A DNA stretch of 58,073 nucleotides from a phage: the sequence record PZ445420.1, one strand, 5' to 3'. The position numbers were made by a program, and so were the translations under genes. Shown here one piece after another: positions 19,028-28,938 of this stretch (position 1 is the first letter of the stretch; every line of letters starts with the position of its first letter). The notes beneath the pieces were generated by a model. The model was not told the DNA's origin, ran no database searches, and worked only from the letters and a program-made list of their open reading frames with translations.

Positions 19028-20929
19028 ATGACAATTCGTCTATATGGTATCCTAACAGATGGTTTGAATAAACCTATTGTTAATGCAACCGTATCCTTGA
19101 TAGCAAGAAGTAATACACTCATAGTGTTAGGTAGTAGCGAAGCGATATTCCGTACAGATTCTCAAGGTGCATATAATATCACAGTGAACCCAGGGCACTA
19201 TGTAGTTATAGTGGGCCCTCAAGGAAGAGAACCATATAAGGCTGGAGAAATTGTCCTATATGTAGATAGTCCGGATGGGTCACTTAATGGTTATCTTGTT
19301 AATTGGGTGGAAGAAGAACTAACACCAGATGTTATCAAACAAGTTCAACAACTTGTGGCTGCTTCTGAAGAATACTCTTTGCAAGCTGGCCGCTCTGCTG
19401 CGGCAGCAAACGCAGATGCTACGGATGCTCGCAATAGTAAGGCTTCAGCTGCTCAATCCGCTTCGGATGCACTTGTGTATAAAAATGATGCTAAAGCTAG
19501 TGAAGACGCTGCTAGACAAGCACAGGCGGGCGCTTCCGGTTCTGCTAACACTGCATTACAAGCTGTGACCACAATTCAAGGTCTAAAATCTGACGTTGAG
19601 CAGTTAAAAGCAGACACACAGGGTATTAAGAATAGCGCAGTAAGCGAGACGCAAGCAATTAAAGACACTGCTGTGTCCGAAACTACCGCCATAAAAGACG
19701 CCGCTGTGTCCGAAACTACTGCGCTAAAAAATGCTGCTGCTGCTTCCGCTGCACAAGCAAGTAACAGCGCTACCGAAGCGGGACAACAAGCTAGCAATGC
19801 TGCTGGTAGCGCACAAAGCGCGTCTACCGACGCTGGGCGTGCAGAAGTGGCTGCTGGAAAAGCGGAGCAGGTTATTGGGAAAGCTCTATTAAAAGAAAAT
19901 AATTTATCAGATTTAGCAGATCGTGCAGCTGCATGGCTAAATGTTCGTCCTATTGGACCTACCCCTCTTGTGAGTGACCCCGTTAAAGATTATGATGCTG
20001 TAACTAAGCGTTGGGTGGAGAATAGGATTAACACTGATACATCAACACTAAAATCCGATGTGTCAACTCTAAAATCTGACGTTGGTAACTTGAAAACACG
20101 GCAGATTGTGAATACTGATTGGACAGCACAGCGACCGCAGAATCATCAGAACAATTCGACATTCAACTTCGGACTAGGCTATAAATTAATCTCTCAAGGT
20201 ATAGATATTGATGGAAAAACATATGCTGCGTCACTGGAAATGGTGCGGATTAGATCTCACGGAATCGTAAACGCGCGTATTAATGTTGTTAACGCTGCTG
20301 GTGACTCAATATTTTACGATTTTAATGATAAGGGCGAAATTGTAATTCCACCGAGTCAAAATATTAGCGCAAGACGTTTTCGTGTCGCTAACGAAGGAAC
20401 GTCAGCAAGTGATGGTAGATTAAATATGTGGGGGAATAATACTGATCGCTTGGATGTGTTCGAGTTTGGAGTGAGTAATGGTTATATCTTCTATGCTGAG
20501 CGTCGTGCTGATGACTCCCGCGAACTACACGTAAACGGCAACATTACAGGCAACAACATTTCAACAGGGTCTGACCGTGATCTGAAGGATAATATTGAAA
20601 TTATCCACGACGCAATGGGACGCTTGCGCAAGATGTATGGCTACACATATACCCTGAAGTCCGACGGTATGCCGTATGCTGGTGTTATTGCCCAAGAAGT
20701 TATGGAAGCAGTTCCCGAAGCGATTGGTGGAATGATGGTATATAAAGGTGATAGTCGGACAGAAGGCGAGCGATTCCTGACGGTTAACTACAATGCTGTC
20801 GTTGGTCTTCTTGTTCAGGTATGTCGTGAAGCTGACGATCGCATCACTAAACTTGAGACAGAAATTGAAGATCTTAAAAAACTAGTAGCAACGCTCATTA
20901 ACGAGCAACCGGAGCAACTTCTCCCATAA
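19028..20929 (+). CDS. tail fibre protein with C-terminal intramolecular-chaperone (peptidase S74-like) domain
   Basis: 633 aa; Ala/Ser-rich repeats; C-terminal GSDRDLKDNIEII...coiled coil resembles autoproteolytic chaperone domains of phage fibres. Confidence 0.65.
   Translation: MTIRLYGILTDGLNKPIVNATVSLIARSNTLIVLGSSEAIFRTDSQGAYNITVNPGHYVVIVGPQGREPYKAGEIVLYVDSPDGSLNGYLVNWVEEELTPDVIKQVQQLVAASEEYSLQAGRSAAAANADATDARNSKASAAQSASDALVYKNDAKASEDAARQAQAGASGSANTALQAVTTIQGLKSDVEQLKADTQGIKNSAVSETQAIKDTAVSETTAIKDAAVSETTALKNAAAASAAQASNSATEAGQQASNAAGSAQSASTDAGRAEVAAGKAEQVIGKALLKENNLSDLADRAAAWLNVRPIGPTPLVSDPVKDYDAVTKRWVENRINTDTSTLKSDVSTLKSDVGNLKTRQIVNTDWTAQRPQNHQNNSTFNFGLGYKLISQGIDIDGKTYAASLEMVRIRSHGIVNARINVVNAAGDSIFYDFNDKGEIVIPPSQNISARRFRVANEGTSASDGRLNMWGNNTDRLDVFEFGVSNGYIFYAERRADDSRELHVNGNITGNNISTGSDRDLKDNIEIIHDAMGRLRKMYGYTYTLKSDGMPYAGVIAQEVMEAVPEAIGGMMVYKGDSRTEGERFLTVNYNAVVGLLVQVCREADDRITKLETEIEDLKKLVATLINEQPEQLLP
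19637..19735 (+). repeat. 3 x 33-nt in-frame tandem repeat inside tail fibre gene
   Basis: AVSETQAIKDT / AVSETTAIKDA / AVSETTALKNA; units 2 and 3 share GCTGTGTCCGAAACTAC. Confidence 0.8.
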
Positions 20930-20946
20930 CCACATCTAACCTTCGC

Positions 20947-20970
20947 AGCGCGTCTTCGGGCGCGCTTTTT
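20947..20970 (+). terminator. rho-independent terminator after tail fibre gene
   Basis: AGCGCG/CGCGCT stem around TCTTCGGG loop followed by TTTTT. Confidence 0.55.
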
Positions 20971-21099
20971 ATTGGCTGTCAACCCTAATTTACAAAATCT
21001 TTACATATGGATCATTGTAAAGGCCATGTTAAGGGGTATGCTTTATTTCGTAACCAGTTGGTTACATCCGCTTAACAAATCCATATGGAGATTTTCCCT

Positions 21100-21219
21100 A
21101 TGTCTGACATGACTCTTATTCCGAGCGGTTTAGGTGGCGGTTTCGGTGGTGAAGCTGGTGCAGCGGACGTTGGCGGTGGTATCTGTGGCTTAATTGGATA
21201 TCCTGAAATCTGCTTTTAA
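21100..21219 (+). CDS. small Gly-rich Cys-containing peptide (39 aa)
   Basis: ATG with TGGAG upstream; MSDMTLIPSGLGGGFGGEAGAADVGGGICGLIGYPEICF. Confidence 0.25.
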   Translation: MSDMTLIPSGLGGGFGGEAGAADVGGGICGLIGYPEICF

Positions 21220-21379
21220 TGATTTTAAATCCATGGGCTCATTATCTTGTATCATGTCTGTAATGAGTTCAGGTAAACTAACTCAGCAACAAGTTGATAT
21301 TGCACAACGCATTGCTGTAAAGGTCTTAGCTGTGCTAGGCATCCAAGAATCAAATAAAAAACAAGAAAAAGAAGAATAA
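21194..21379 (+). CDS. small hypothetical protein (61 aa), overlaps the Gly-rich peptide ORF in another frame
   Basis: ORF track; hydrophobic centre and Lys/Glu-rich C-terminus; real start may be 21231. Confidence 0.25.
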   Translation: MDILKSAFNDFKSMGSLSCIMSVMSSGKLTQQQVDIAQRIAVKVLAVLGIQESNKKQEKEE

Positions 21380-21449
21380 GCAGAGGCAACGTACGGCATT
21401 TTGGGGCATTTTATTGTGGGCCAGTACAAATGTATTGGCCCACATTTTA

Positions 21450-23423
21450 TTAAGCGGCGTATGCGAGTTTTTCCAGCAATTTTTCCGCTTTAGCTATGTA
21501 CACTTCGTGGTTGAGATCTGGCGGTAACTGGTCAGTGAGTTCCATCATAGGTTTACCCCCTGCTGTCTTACCAACACGACCCCCACTCTTGACTATCAGT
21601 ATTTCAGGTACTTCTTCTTTTGTATAGTACCAGCGAACAACCTTACCTAATGGCTCACTATTCCATGCAGCGCCACCGTTAGCTGTCTTGATACAAACAA
21701 ACTTACGAATGTCCTGACACTCTATGATAGTTTTAGCAATTGGCGTACCGTCACGAAGCAGATTAACAACTGCATCCATAATGATCTCACCTTCTGCGTT
21801 TTTAGCAAGACCTGTCTCTGCGAACCAACCCTTACGTTTGGCTTTACCATCTGCTTTGATTGCGACGTAATTGTTAACGTTTGCAGAGTTAAGACGCAGG
21901 TACTGGTTCAGTTCCATTTCAAAGCCAGTTGTCTCTTCCCACCACTTGATGATATCAGTCATTAATTGCTTCTTAGCTTTGCAAGGTTTAATAACGATAC
22001 CATCCGTATTAGCACTAACGACCTGAATACCATTAAGCTCTAGTGTCTCAATGAGCATAAGTAGAGCTAACTGACCTGTGAGTGTAGTCTGAATAATAAG
22101 GTGCGGTGCATACAGAATAGAGAACGGTGAACCGAACTTACCATAGGAACCGTTGATAACGATCTTAAGAGTTTGTGCGGTCTTATCGTCATGAGCCATC
22201 TTAGCTGCAATACGTCGTTCTACGATCTTAACGAAGATATCTATAAATCGCGGGCCCAGGTGCTCAGGATACAGTTGCTGGTTAATGATACAGATCGGGT
22301 AGTATGACGTTACGTCAGCGTCCCACATCTCTTCATCTTCAGATGGTACAATCTCCATTAACTCTTCGCACGAGTGCAGACCACCGATACCCATGTTGTA
22401 GGTTGTCTGATTGATTGTAAACTTCAAAGAGTTCATTGTAGATGGTTGCTTAATTTTACCATCTTCTGCAACTCTGAAGTAACTGTCGAGCACCACCTGA
22501 AATACAGACTTCATTAGTGGCGTTTGGAAACCTAACCACACTGGAGGATTGTACCTAAAGGTTCTACCGACTTCCACCATCCCTTTCTGTGGTACGAAGC
22601 CCAGCATTTCCTTCATCTCATGACGGATTACAGCTTCTGCAATCTGTGCATCAGATTTAGAGCGAAGATCTACTTTATACTCTTCACTCATAATCTCACG
22701 TAGATGGATCTGTTCTTCCAGCGAGTTAAACAGTGCCATTGTTGTATCGAGGTCGTTAATACAGTAGAAACGCACAATAGCAATCTGTTCCATGGACAGC
22801 GCCCAATGCGGTGGGAACGGTAAGTCCTGGAGCTTCTTCATGTGCATACGGCCACCGTACAGCTTCAGTGAACCGAAGCCAGGAGCTACTTCCTGAACGT
22901 CAATGTGGTCAATCCAAAACTGTTTCACACCAAAACTGTTAAGAATGTCCCACGGAGCCCACTCTTCCTGGATCATCCTGTCACTTGCTTCTTTTAGCTT
23001 GTCGACAGTTAAACCAGCAATGGCAAGGAATGTCATCGTATTATCATAGTTTCTTGAGTTGAAACCAACGGTACGAAAGTTCTTCATTATCCATTCATAT
23101 TTTTCCGTGTCAAGTGTCTGACCGGCAGTCATTTCTAGATAATAAACCTTACCGAACTTAACCCCTTTAAACGCCACAAGAAAATAGTTCTTATAACATT
23201 CGATATCATATACGAATGTTTCTTGTGCAAAATACATCTCCACTAATTCACCGTCTGTCATACGCGGATCGTTAGCTGCAAAACGCATTGCTGCATCAAG
23301 ACCTGGAAGGTAGTCTGGGCGCTCCCATACCCTTTCAACTGGTTGACGTTTTACTTTCTGTTTCTTCTCTTTCTTAGCGGGAGGTAAATCCTCCCAAAAA
23401 AAACCAATAGCATCTTTTCTCAT
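21450..23423 (-). CDS. DNA polymerase, family-B-like with 3'-5' exonuclease motif
   Basis: 657 aa; Exo I-like YDIEC; motif A-like DADVTSYYP; motif B-like KIVINGSYGKFG; motif C variant SANTDG. Confidence 0.6.
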   Translation of the reverse strand: MRKDAIGFFWEDLPPAKKEKKQKVKRQPVERVWERPDYLPGLDAAMRFAANDPRMTDGELVEMYFAQETFVYDIECYKNYFLVAFKGVKFGKVYYLEMTAGQTLDTEKYEWIMKNFRTVGFNSRNYDNTMTFLAIAGLTVDKLKEASDRMIQEEWAPWDILNSFGVKQFWIDHIDVQEVAPGFGSLKLYGGRMHMKKLQDLPFPPHWALSMEQIAIVRFYCINDLDTTMALFNSLEEQIHLREIMSEEYKVDLRSKSDAQIAEAVIRHEMKEMLGFVPQKGMVEVGRTFRYNPPVWLGFQTPLMKSVFQVVLDSYFRVAEDGKIKQPSTMNSLKFTINQTTYNMGIGGLHSCEELMEIVPSEDEEMWDADVTSYYPICIINQQLYPEHLGPRFIDIFVKIVERRIAAKMAHDDKTAQTLKIVINGSYGKFGSPFSILYAPHLIIQTTLTGQLALLMLIETLELNGIQVVSANTDGIVIKPCKAKKQLMTDIIKWWEETTGFEMELNQYLRLNSANVNNYVAIKADGKAKRKGWFAETGLAKNAEGEIIMDAVVNLLRDGTPIAKTIIECQDIRKFVCIKTANGGAAWNSEPLGKVVRWYYTKEEVPEILIVKSGGRVGKTAGGKPMMELTDQLPPDLNHEVYIAKAEKLLEKLAYAA

Positions 23424-24412
23424 AGACGAAATCCTACAATTACCCCACGTAGATTTTCACCATAAAAAATAATAGGAGTTGAAAGACCCCTTTCGTCCTT
23501 TTCATTGAAACGAGAGGCATCCCAGTCCGTTGCAAGTCCTTTCAACTGCATAATAAGATCTATATTATACACGCCAATTGACTTGGATTCACGGAACATT
23601 GCACTAGCACCGTCCAGCTCGTTGTAATGGGTACGCACAACACCATTTTCCATATAAATACGCCCATCGCGTTCACAGAACGGTTTTATTTTCTCTAAGC
23701 AGTTAAAAAGCTCAGTATCAAGCGTATAGACGTTAGACCCCTTTTCTGTACGCTCAATTATCTTGTCAATGTTGGGCCACTTTAATTCCAGCAATTGGGT
23801 ACGCAACCAGCAACCGTCTTCGTAATGAAATGTCATACTGGTATCTGTACATTGAATTCTTACTGGTGGCTTTTTAATGCGCAATAGCTCCTTGATGGCC
23901 ATACGTGGCACAACACAATCTACAGGGAATACAGCGCCGAACCAATACTGTATAATACTAGCGTTGTTGGTCGCGTACATGCTGCCCTGTTTTACCAGCA
24001 CGCCGCAAGACCACGGGCGGGAAGCATCGTCGCTTATAAACGGCGTTACGCGGCTTAAACCGTTGAGAAAAAGCTGACCGTCTATTTCGTGAATTGTTCC
24101 TTCTGGCTCTACGTGTGCAGTTGGTTTCTGAAGAGTATCCACACTGACCTTAAAGCCACCAGACTTAATGCTCAACTTACCGTTCGCTAACATTGTCATC
24201 TGTACAGCTTCGTCACATGCTGCAATAGCCTTGAGCATCGGTTCAGCTTTCGGTGTACAGTCAATGTTCAGTGGTACTGGACTACATAATGAAATAGTTC
24301 CGTTGAACCCGCGCACAGTACCGTCGACAATACGGAAGTGAGTTAAACCTTCCTGGAGTTCTTTCTTAGCTACAGAACCCTGAACAAACTTTAAAGCATC
24401 AAGTAAATCCAT
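23420..24412 (-). CDS. hypothetical protein adjacent to DpdA-like gene
   Basis: 330-aa ORF translationally coupled to polymerase gene; contains SGGF segment; no confident assignment. Confidence 0.4.
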   Translation of the reverse strand: MDLLDALKFVQGSVAKKELQEGLTHFRIVDGTVRGFNGTISLCSPVPLNIDCTPKAEPMLKAIAACDEAVQMTMLANGKLSIKSGGFKVSVDTLQKPTAHVEPEGTIHEIDGQLFLNGLSRVTPFISDDASRPWSCGVLVKQGSMYATNNASIIQYWFGAVFPVDCVVPRMAIKELLRIKKPPVRIQCTDTSMTFHYEDGCWLRTQLLELKWPNIDKIIERTEKGSNVYTLDTELFNCLEKIKPFCERDGRIYMENGVVRTHYNELDGASAMFRESKSIGVYNIDLIMQLKGLATDWDASRFNEKDERGLSTPIIFYGENLRGVIVGFRL

Positions 24413-24420
24413 AAGTAACC

Positions 24421-25374
24421 TTACTCGTCAAATAAATCCTGGAGACGTTCGTTGAACTTCCCATTGTGGTTAGCAAGAATCATAGCGTTGACCACACCAT
24501 ACGCCCATAAATTGTATGCAGCGCGTGATTCGTATATCGTTGAAAGTCGCTCGTATGTGAAACCTGACTCCTCTAAGTAGCGTAGAACGTTATTCTGTTC
24601 TACTTCTGAAAGATTACAGATATGTTGCCCTTGATAGTGACGTGATGGAGACTTTTCGGACACCTGCATTGGACCCCACTTAGGCGTCTCAATAGCACCG
24701 AACGCCGCAGATTGAATCCAGGAGGATGAGTCACAGGAGTACCACGGGTAACGCTCCATAAGTGGGCGGGACGTAATACCAAAGCCATGGACTTTGATCT
24801 TAGCTCGACCACTACCGTCTACAAGGTGTTTATCCCATACCCTGTCTAGCCATACCTGAAGTTGTTGTGTACTCGCTCCAACAAGACCACCGAGAGTGAT
24901 ATATTCATAATTTCGTACATAATGGTCCAGGTATTCAAAAGGTTCACCCGCGTGGAAGCATGGTAAAGGTCTTACACCTCTGGCTTCCATCTCTTCCTGG
25001 TTACGCCATGTTTGAAGTGGATCACCGATACCATCGAGTACGGACGCCATAAGTGAACCATCCTCTACACGAATGATATCTATGTTTCGTTGGATGTAAT
25101 CACAGTATTCTTTAACTGATAACGTAACTCCCAAAGTGTAAGCTGAGAACGCTCCGGAGTCGAGGAATATCTTGGCCCCATCGGCACGCATGGCATCAAC
25201 ATATGATTGCTTTCCAACGTAATGGTAGGACTCAAGAATGTTTGGAATATTCTCGACAACACGTTTTTCTTGTTCGTTGAGTTTGACATAGCGGTTCATT
25301 CCTGGTTTATAGCTGTTCGTATATACGGCAGCCATATAAATCTGAAAGGTATAGTCGATATCTTGTCTGTGCAT
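24421..25374 (-). CDS. dpdA: DpdA-like 7-deazaguanine DNA transglycosylase (TGT-superfamily candidate)
   Basis: 317 aa; FLDSGAFS segment resembles TGT catalytic DSGGFQ region; immediately downstream of folE/queD/queC/queE genes. Confidence 0.45.
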   Translation of the reverse strand: MHRQDIDYTFQIYMAAVYTNSYKPGMNRYVKLNEQEKRVVENIPNILESYHYVGKQSYVDAMRADGAKIFLDSGAFSAYTLGVTLSVKEYCDYIQRNIDIIRVEDGSLMASVLDGIGDPLQTWRNQEEMEARGVRPLPCFHAGEPFEYLDHYVRNYEYITLGGLVGASTQQLQVWLDRVWDKHLVDGSGRAKIKVHGFGITSRPLMERYPWYSCDSSSWIQSAAFGAIETPKWGPMQVSEKSPSRHYQGQHICNLSEVEQNNVLRYLEESGFTYERLSTIYESRAAYNLWAYGVVNAMILANHNGKFNERLQDLFDE

Positions 25375-25443
25375 TGTTCACCTAACAAATAAGCGCCCGT
25401 AGGCGCTTATTATATTAAAGATAATGTATGATTCGCAAATCAG

Positions 25444-26079
25444 TTACTTTTTACACGCTTCAAGAAATTCCCGACGCCATGTGTCACCAGTTACATCAGG
25501 TAATACACAATCGCCCAATGCAGTACGCCCACGGAATGCTTTAGTAACGGTTGAGCTTCCACACACTTGTTTAACACCGCGCGACTCCATGCACATATGT
25601 TTTGCATCGATGTAAACACATACAGCTTTCGGGTCTAAGTGTTCTACGATAGCATCCGCAATCTGGTTAGTCAGACGCTCCTGAACTTGCAAACGACGGC
25701 TAAAAGCATCAACCACGCGAGACAGTTTACTAAGACCCACGATGCGACCGTTAGGAACATACCCCACGACAGCGTGACCGATAATAGGAGCCATATGATG
25801 CTCACAATGGCTATAAACTGGAATATCGCGAACGATAACCATTTCATCGCAGTTTTCCCCACCATCTTCAAATGTCTTGAACAGAGATGCAATATCAGTA
25901 TTGTAACCACCGAACCACGTCTCAAATGCTTTAGCAACACGTTCAGGTGTTTCTTCTAACCCTGGACGAAGAGGACCAAAATCATTTTCTTCAATCTGAC
26001 GAAGGATATTTTCAATGTGTTGCGCAATAACAAATTTATTCATGGTTTGCAGTTTCCTTGTGTGGTCAATTATTTGCAA
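25444..26079 (-). CDS. folE: GTP cyclohydrolase I
   Basis: 211 aa with VYSHCEHHMAP and GLSKLSRVVD motifs typical of FolE. Confidence 0.8.
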   Translation of the reverse strand: MQIIDHTRKLQTMNKFVIAQHIENILRQIEENDFGPLRPGLEETPERVAKAFETWFGGYNTDIASLFKTFEDGGENCDEMVIVRDIPVYSHCEHHMAPIIGHAVVGYVPNGRIVGLSKLSRVVDAFSRRLQVQERLTNQIADAIVEHLDPKAVCVYIDAKHMCMESRGVKQVCGSSTVTKAFRGRTALGDCVLPDVTGDTWRREFLEACKK

Positions 26080-26582
26080 TAGTTAACATGGCATTTGGAC
26101 GTTTCTTCAATGGTGCATTCTACAAGTTGAACACCATGTTCGTCAAGCAGTTGCGGACCAATTACGTTTACCATGTATGCAGCCAGGTTTTCCGCGGTTG
26201 GGTTGAATGGTAAAGCTACCAATGAGCCTAAGAAATGCTCATGGTCTTCATGTTCCAGAGGACAACTCGGGCGACTTGCTGCAATTTTCAAAGCGTCAAT
26301 CAAATTATCACGACTCCAATGCAGGAATTTATGATCCCAGTTATCTTCCAACCACTGGCAAAGCGTAGTTTTAACCACACTAAAGTCGATAACGCGACCT
26401 ACGTCGTCCAGTTGCTTAAGGGCCGCAAATTCAGCTTCGTCCATGACTTTATAAGGGACTTTTGGCGCAACCTTAAAGTGAAACTTATAGTTGTGCCCGT
26501 GCAGGTGGCGGCACTTACTCTCATGCCCAACTACACGGTGGCCAGCGCAAATTTCATGCGAACGGATTACTTCGTAGCTCAT
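26070..26582 (-). CDS. queD: 6-carboxy-5,6,7,8-tetrahydropterin synthase (QueD/PTPS family)
   Basis: 170 aa; CAGHRVVGHESKCRHLHGHNY zinc/catalytic motif typical of QueD. Confidence 0.75.
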   Translation of the reverse strand: MSYEVIRSHEICAGHRVVGHESKCRHLHGHNYKFHFKVAPKVPYKVMDEAEFAALKQLDDVGRVIDFSVVKTTLCQWLEDNWDHKFLHWSRDNLIDALKIAASRPSCPLEHEDHEHFLGSLVALPFNPTAENLAAYMVNVIGPQLLDEHGVQLVECTIEETSKCHVNYCK

Positions 26583-26827
26583 TCTGCCACCTCATAAGTC
26601 TGGGCAAAAATATCAGGTTTACACGGGTAATGCTCACCATTTACTCCTCGTATAATCCAGTCACCATTGGACGCTGTCATGACCCCTTCTAGAGTATTAA
26701 TTAATAAATTGTCGCCCATAACATGACAATCCCGCGACCCACTATTACAGAAATCGTATACTTCCTGCGTATTCAATCCAGTCCATTGAACAGCTTCAAT
26801 CACGACCGGCTTTTTACGGAATCTCAT
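26579..26827 (-). CDS. hypothetical protein
   Basis: 82-aa ORF coupled within deazaguanine cluster. Confidence 0.4.
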   Translation of the reverse strand: MRFRKKPVVIEAVQWTGLNTQEVYDFCNSGSRDCHVMGDNLLINTLEGVMTASNGDWIIRGVNGEHYPCKPDIFAQTYEVAE

Positions 26828-27228
26828 TGGGATTTCTCCACTTCAATAGCTGCTTTAATATCACGCAGTGCGCGAATTTCATGGTGCAGATAACCAGTAT
26901 CTTCTTCCACGTTTTCCGCAGCAACGCGCTCCAGGATAGTGATCAACGAATCAACGTGCGTTGACATCATATCCGCAAGGTTGGGATGACCTTTATAAAT
27001 GTCGTTCCCACTAATGCGATTATACAACGCAGCGGACGCTGATTGGTACTCCGGCCAGTCGTTAGCAATAAAAATCCCTTCGGTGACACCGCGCCCTTCA
27101 GCAACCCGCCCAAGGACAACGATGTCAGTCAGGTCTTCAATAGTCTCACGCTGGTCACGAGTGAGGTACTTTTTGACGTCATCGTTCTTAAGAACTAAGT
27201 AACGATGCTCGAAGCGTTTATCCTTCAT
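26824..27228 (-). CDS. hypothetical protein (134 aa from internal ATG of ORF 26824..27288)
   Basis: Start chosen to minimise overlap with upstream gene. Confidence 0.4.
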   Translation of the reverse strand: MKDKRFEHRYLVLKNDDVKKYLTRDQRETIEDLTDIVVLGRVAEGRGVTEGIFIANDWPEYQSASAALYNRISGNDIYKGHPNLADMMSTHVDSLITILERVAAENVEEDTGYLHHEIRALRDIKAAIEVEKSQ

Positions 27229-27487
27229 TTTCTTTCTCCATAAATTCACGGTATTTACGAACGCACTCGTCTTTACTACGGGACGCAAAACAGCGCCAAC
27301 CGTTGTCCAGCTTGTACGACCAGTAGAACGCGCCGAAACGTTTCTTCATCCGCTTAGTTACACAGACGCTCTGTTTCAGCATTGGGTTTTGAGACTTGAT
27401 AAAGGCAGCACGTTCAGCGGCAGGTAACATCTCATAGGCTTCCTTCTGCATACTGGCGTACACCGTTTCACGGAAATTCATCTTCAT
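27218..27487 (-). CDS. hypothetical protein
   Basis: 89-aa ORF inside deazaguanine cluster. Confidence 0.4.
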   Translation of the reverse strand: MKMNFRETVYASMQKEAYEMLPAAERAAFIKSQNPMLKQSVCVTKRMKKRFGAFYWSYKLDNGWRCFASRSKDECVRKYREFMEKENEG

Positions 27488-27521
27488 AAGAAGCTCCTGG
27501 ACGTCCTTGTCCGGTTGTTAG

Positions 27522-28937
27522 TTACTGTTCATCCAGATAGGTAATTACCTCTGGCGCACCATTAATACTAAATGCAGTCCGGCGCATCATGCAAGGGCCA
27601 CAAGTACCGCAATGCAAATCCCCGTTACGGTAACAGCTCCAGGTGTGCTCCAACGGGGCCCCTAAACGCAGACCTGTAGCGACAATTTCGTGCTTCATTA
27701 AGTTACCTACTGGCATAAGCACTTCAACGCGCTTACCGTCGCCTACAGCGAACGGTAACACTTGATTAAAGCGATTAATGAACTCAGGCTCATTGTCGGG
27801 GTAGGCTCCAGCTTCTTCTAGGTTGTTACCAAGAACAATATAGTCGAAACCGTTAGCTTCTGCGTATGCAGTAGCAACAGAAAGCATCACAAGGTTACGA
27901 GCTGGAACCCATTCATGCGCGAACTCAGCGCCTTCTTCACCGCCAGCAATTGTAGCATCTTGATCAAATAATGGGCTATCTTTCTTATCGTAGATCGGAA
28001 TTGGAAATTCAATTAATGGAACCCCCATCACCTCCGCAATCTTACGAATAGCGTACAGCTCATTAGTTTCTGCACGACAACCATATTGGAAGTTAATCAG
28101 AGTAACATCTAGACCATTGGACTTACATATCTGAGCTGCTACTGTGCTGTCCATACCACCACTGGCGACAACTAACGCACGTTGAGTCTGCTTATTTGGA
28201 ATAAGATCAACTTCATTGCATACATCAGTCGATGTGACCACATTACACGAATAAGGCTTCAGCATCTGCTTAATAGCACGGGTTGGTAGCATGTCTTCCT
28301 GGCTGGCGAAATACATACCAGTATCAGTCTTACCAATCCAGATTGGACGGTAATTACATGCTGCAAACACATACCCAGGAAGTGAATCGTGCGTTGCAAG
28401 GATTGCGTAACTTCCTTTCAACTTGCGAATAACTTCATGAAATACGTTATAAAGGTAATCTGAATCAGACAGACACGTTTCATCCGCTGAAAGTGTGCAT
28501 TCCGCTAACTGTTCAACAATCGCAGCACTATCAATTTTAGTCTGTAGTGCATAGGTACGAAGGTCTTTATCGTTCGCAATAGTACCGTTATGAACAATAG
28601 TCCAACCATCCATATGATACGGTTGCTGGTCCCACTCGTTCTTGTCAACGACCCACTCTGTAGTCGGTTCAGCACGAGCGTTACCAATCATTGTGAAGCT
28701 ACCAATAGCTCCAGCATGAGATACAATGCACCCAACTTTGACAGGACGTTCCAGTGATGTTTCCTTACCGACACTAACAATACGTTGCGGGTGCATACTG
28801 TGGTCACCATGCGTAAAGCGTACACCAAGACCATCACGACCACGCTTGATACTAGCTTTAATAAGATCACCAACATCGTTACGGATAATTTCACGTTCAG
28901 GTTGGCCATTAGTAATAACACCAAAGATGGAGCACAT
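27522..28937 (-). CDS. queC: glutamine amidotransferase (class II) fused to QueC-like 7-cyano-7-deazaguanine synthase (Gat-QueC)
   Basis: N-terminus MCSIFGV (Ntn class-II GATase, as in AsnB); C-terminal PP-loop SGGMDS and Cys cluster C...CGTCGPC typical of QueC. Confidence 0.75.
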   Translation of the reverse strand: MCSIFGVITNGQPEREIIRNDVGDLIKASIKRGRDGLGVRFTHGDHSMHPQRIVSVGKETSLERPVKVGCIVSHAGAIGSFTMIGNARAEPTTEWVVDKNEWDQQPYHMDGWTIVHNGTIANDKDLRTYALQTKIDSAAIVEQLAECTLSADETCLSDSDYLYNVFHEVIRKLKGSYAILATHDSLPGYVFAACNYRPIWIGKTDTGMYFASQEDMLPTRAIKQMLKPYSCNVVTSTDVCNEVDLIPNKQTQRALVVASGGMDSTVAAQICKSNGLDVTLINFQYGCRAETNELYAIRKIAEVMGVPLIEFPIPIYDKKDSPLFDQDATIAGGEEGAEFAHEWVPARNLVMLSVATAYAEANGFDYIVLGNNLEEAGAYPDNEPEFINRFNQVLPFAVGDGKRVEVLMPVGNLMKHEIVATGLRLGAPLEHTWSCYRNGDLHCGTCGPCMMRRTAFSINGAPEVITYLDEQ

Positions 28938-28938
28938 A

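Noticed and set aside
21450-23423. Alternative reading of the polymerase as family A (Pol I-like)
   Set aside because: Motifs fit family B better (DxxSYYP, KxxxNGSYG, TDG and an N-terminal DIE exonuclease motif); no DYSQIELR or HDE family-A motifs were seen.
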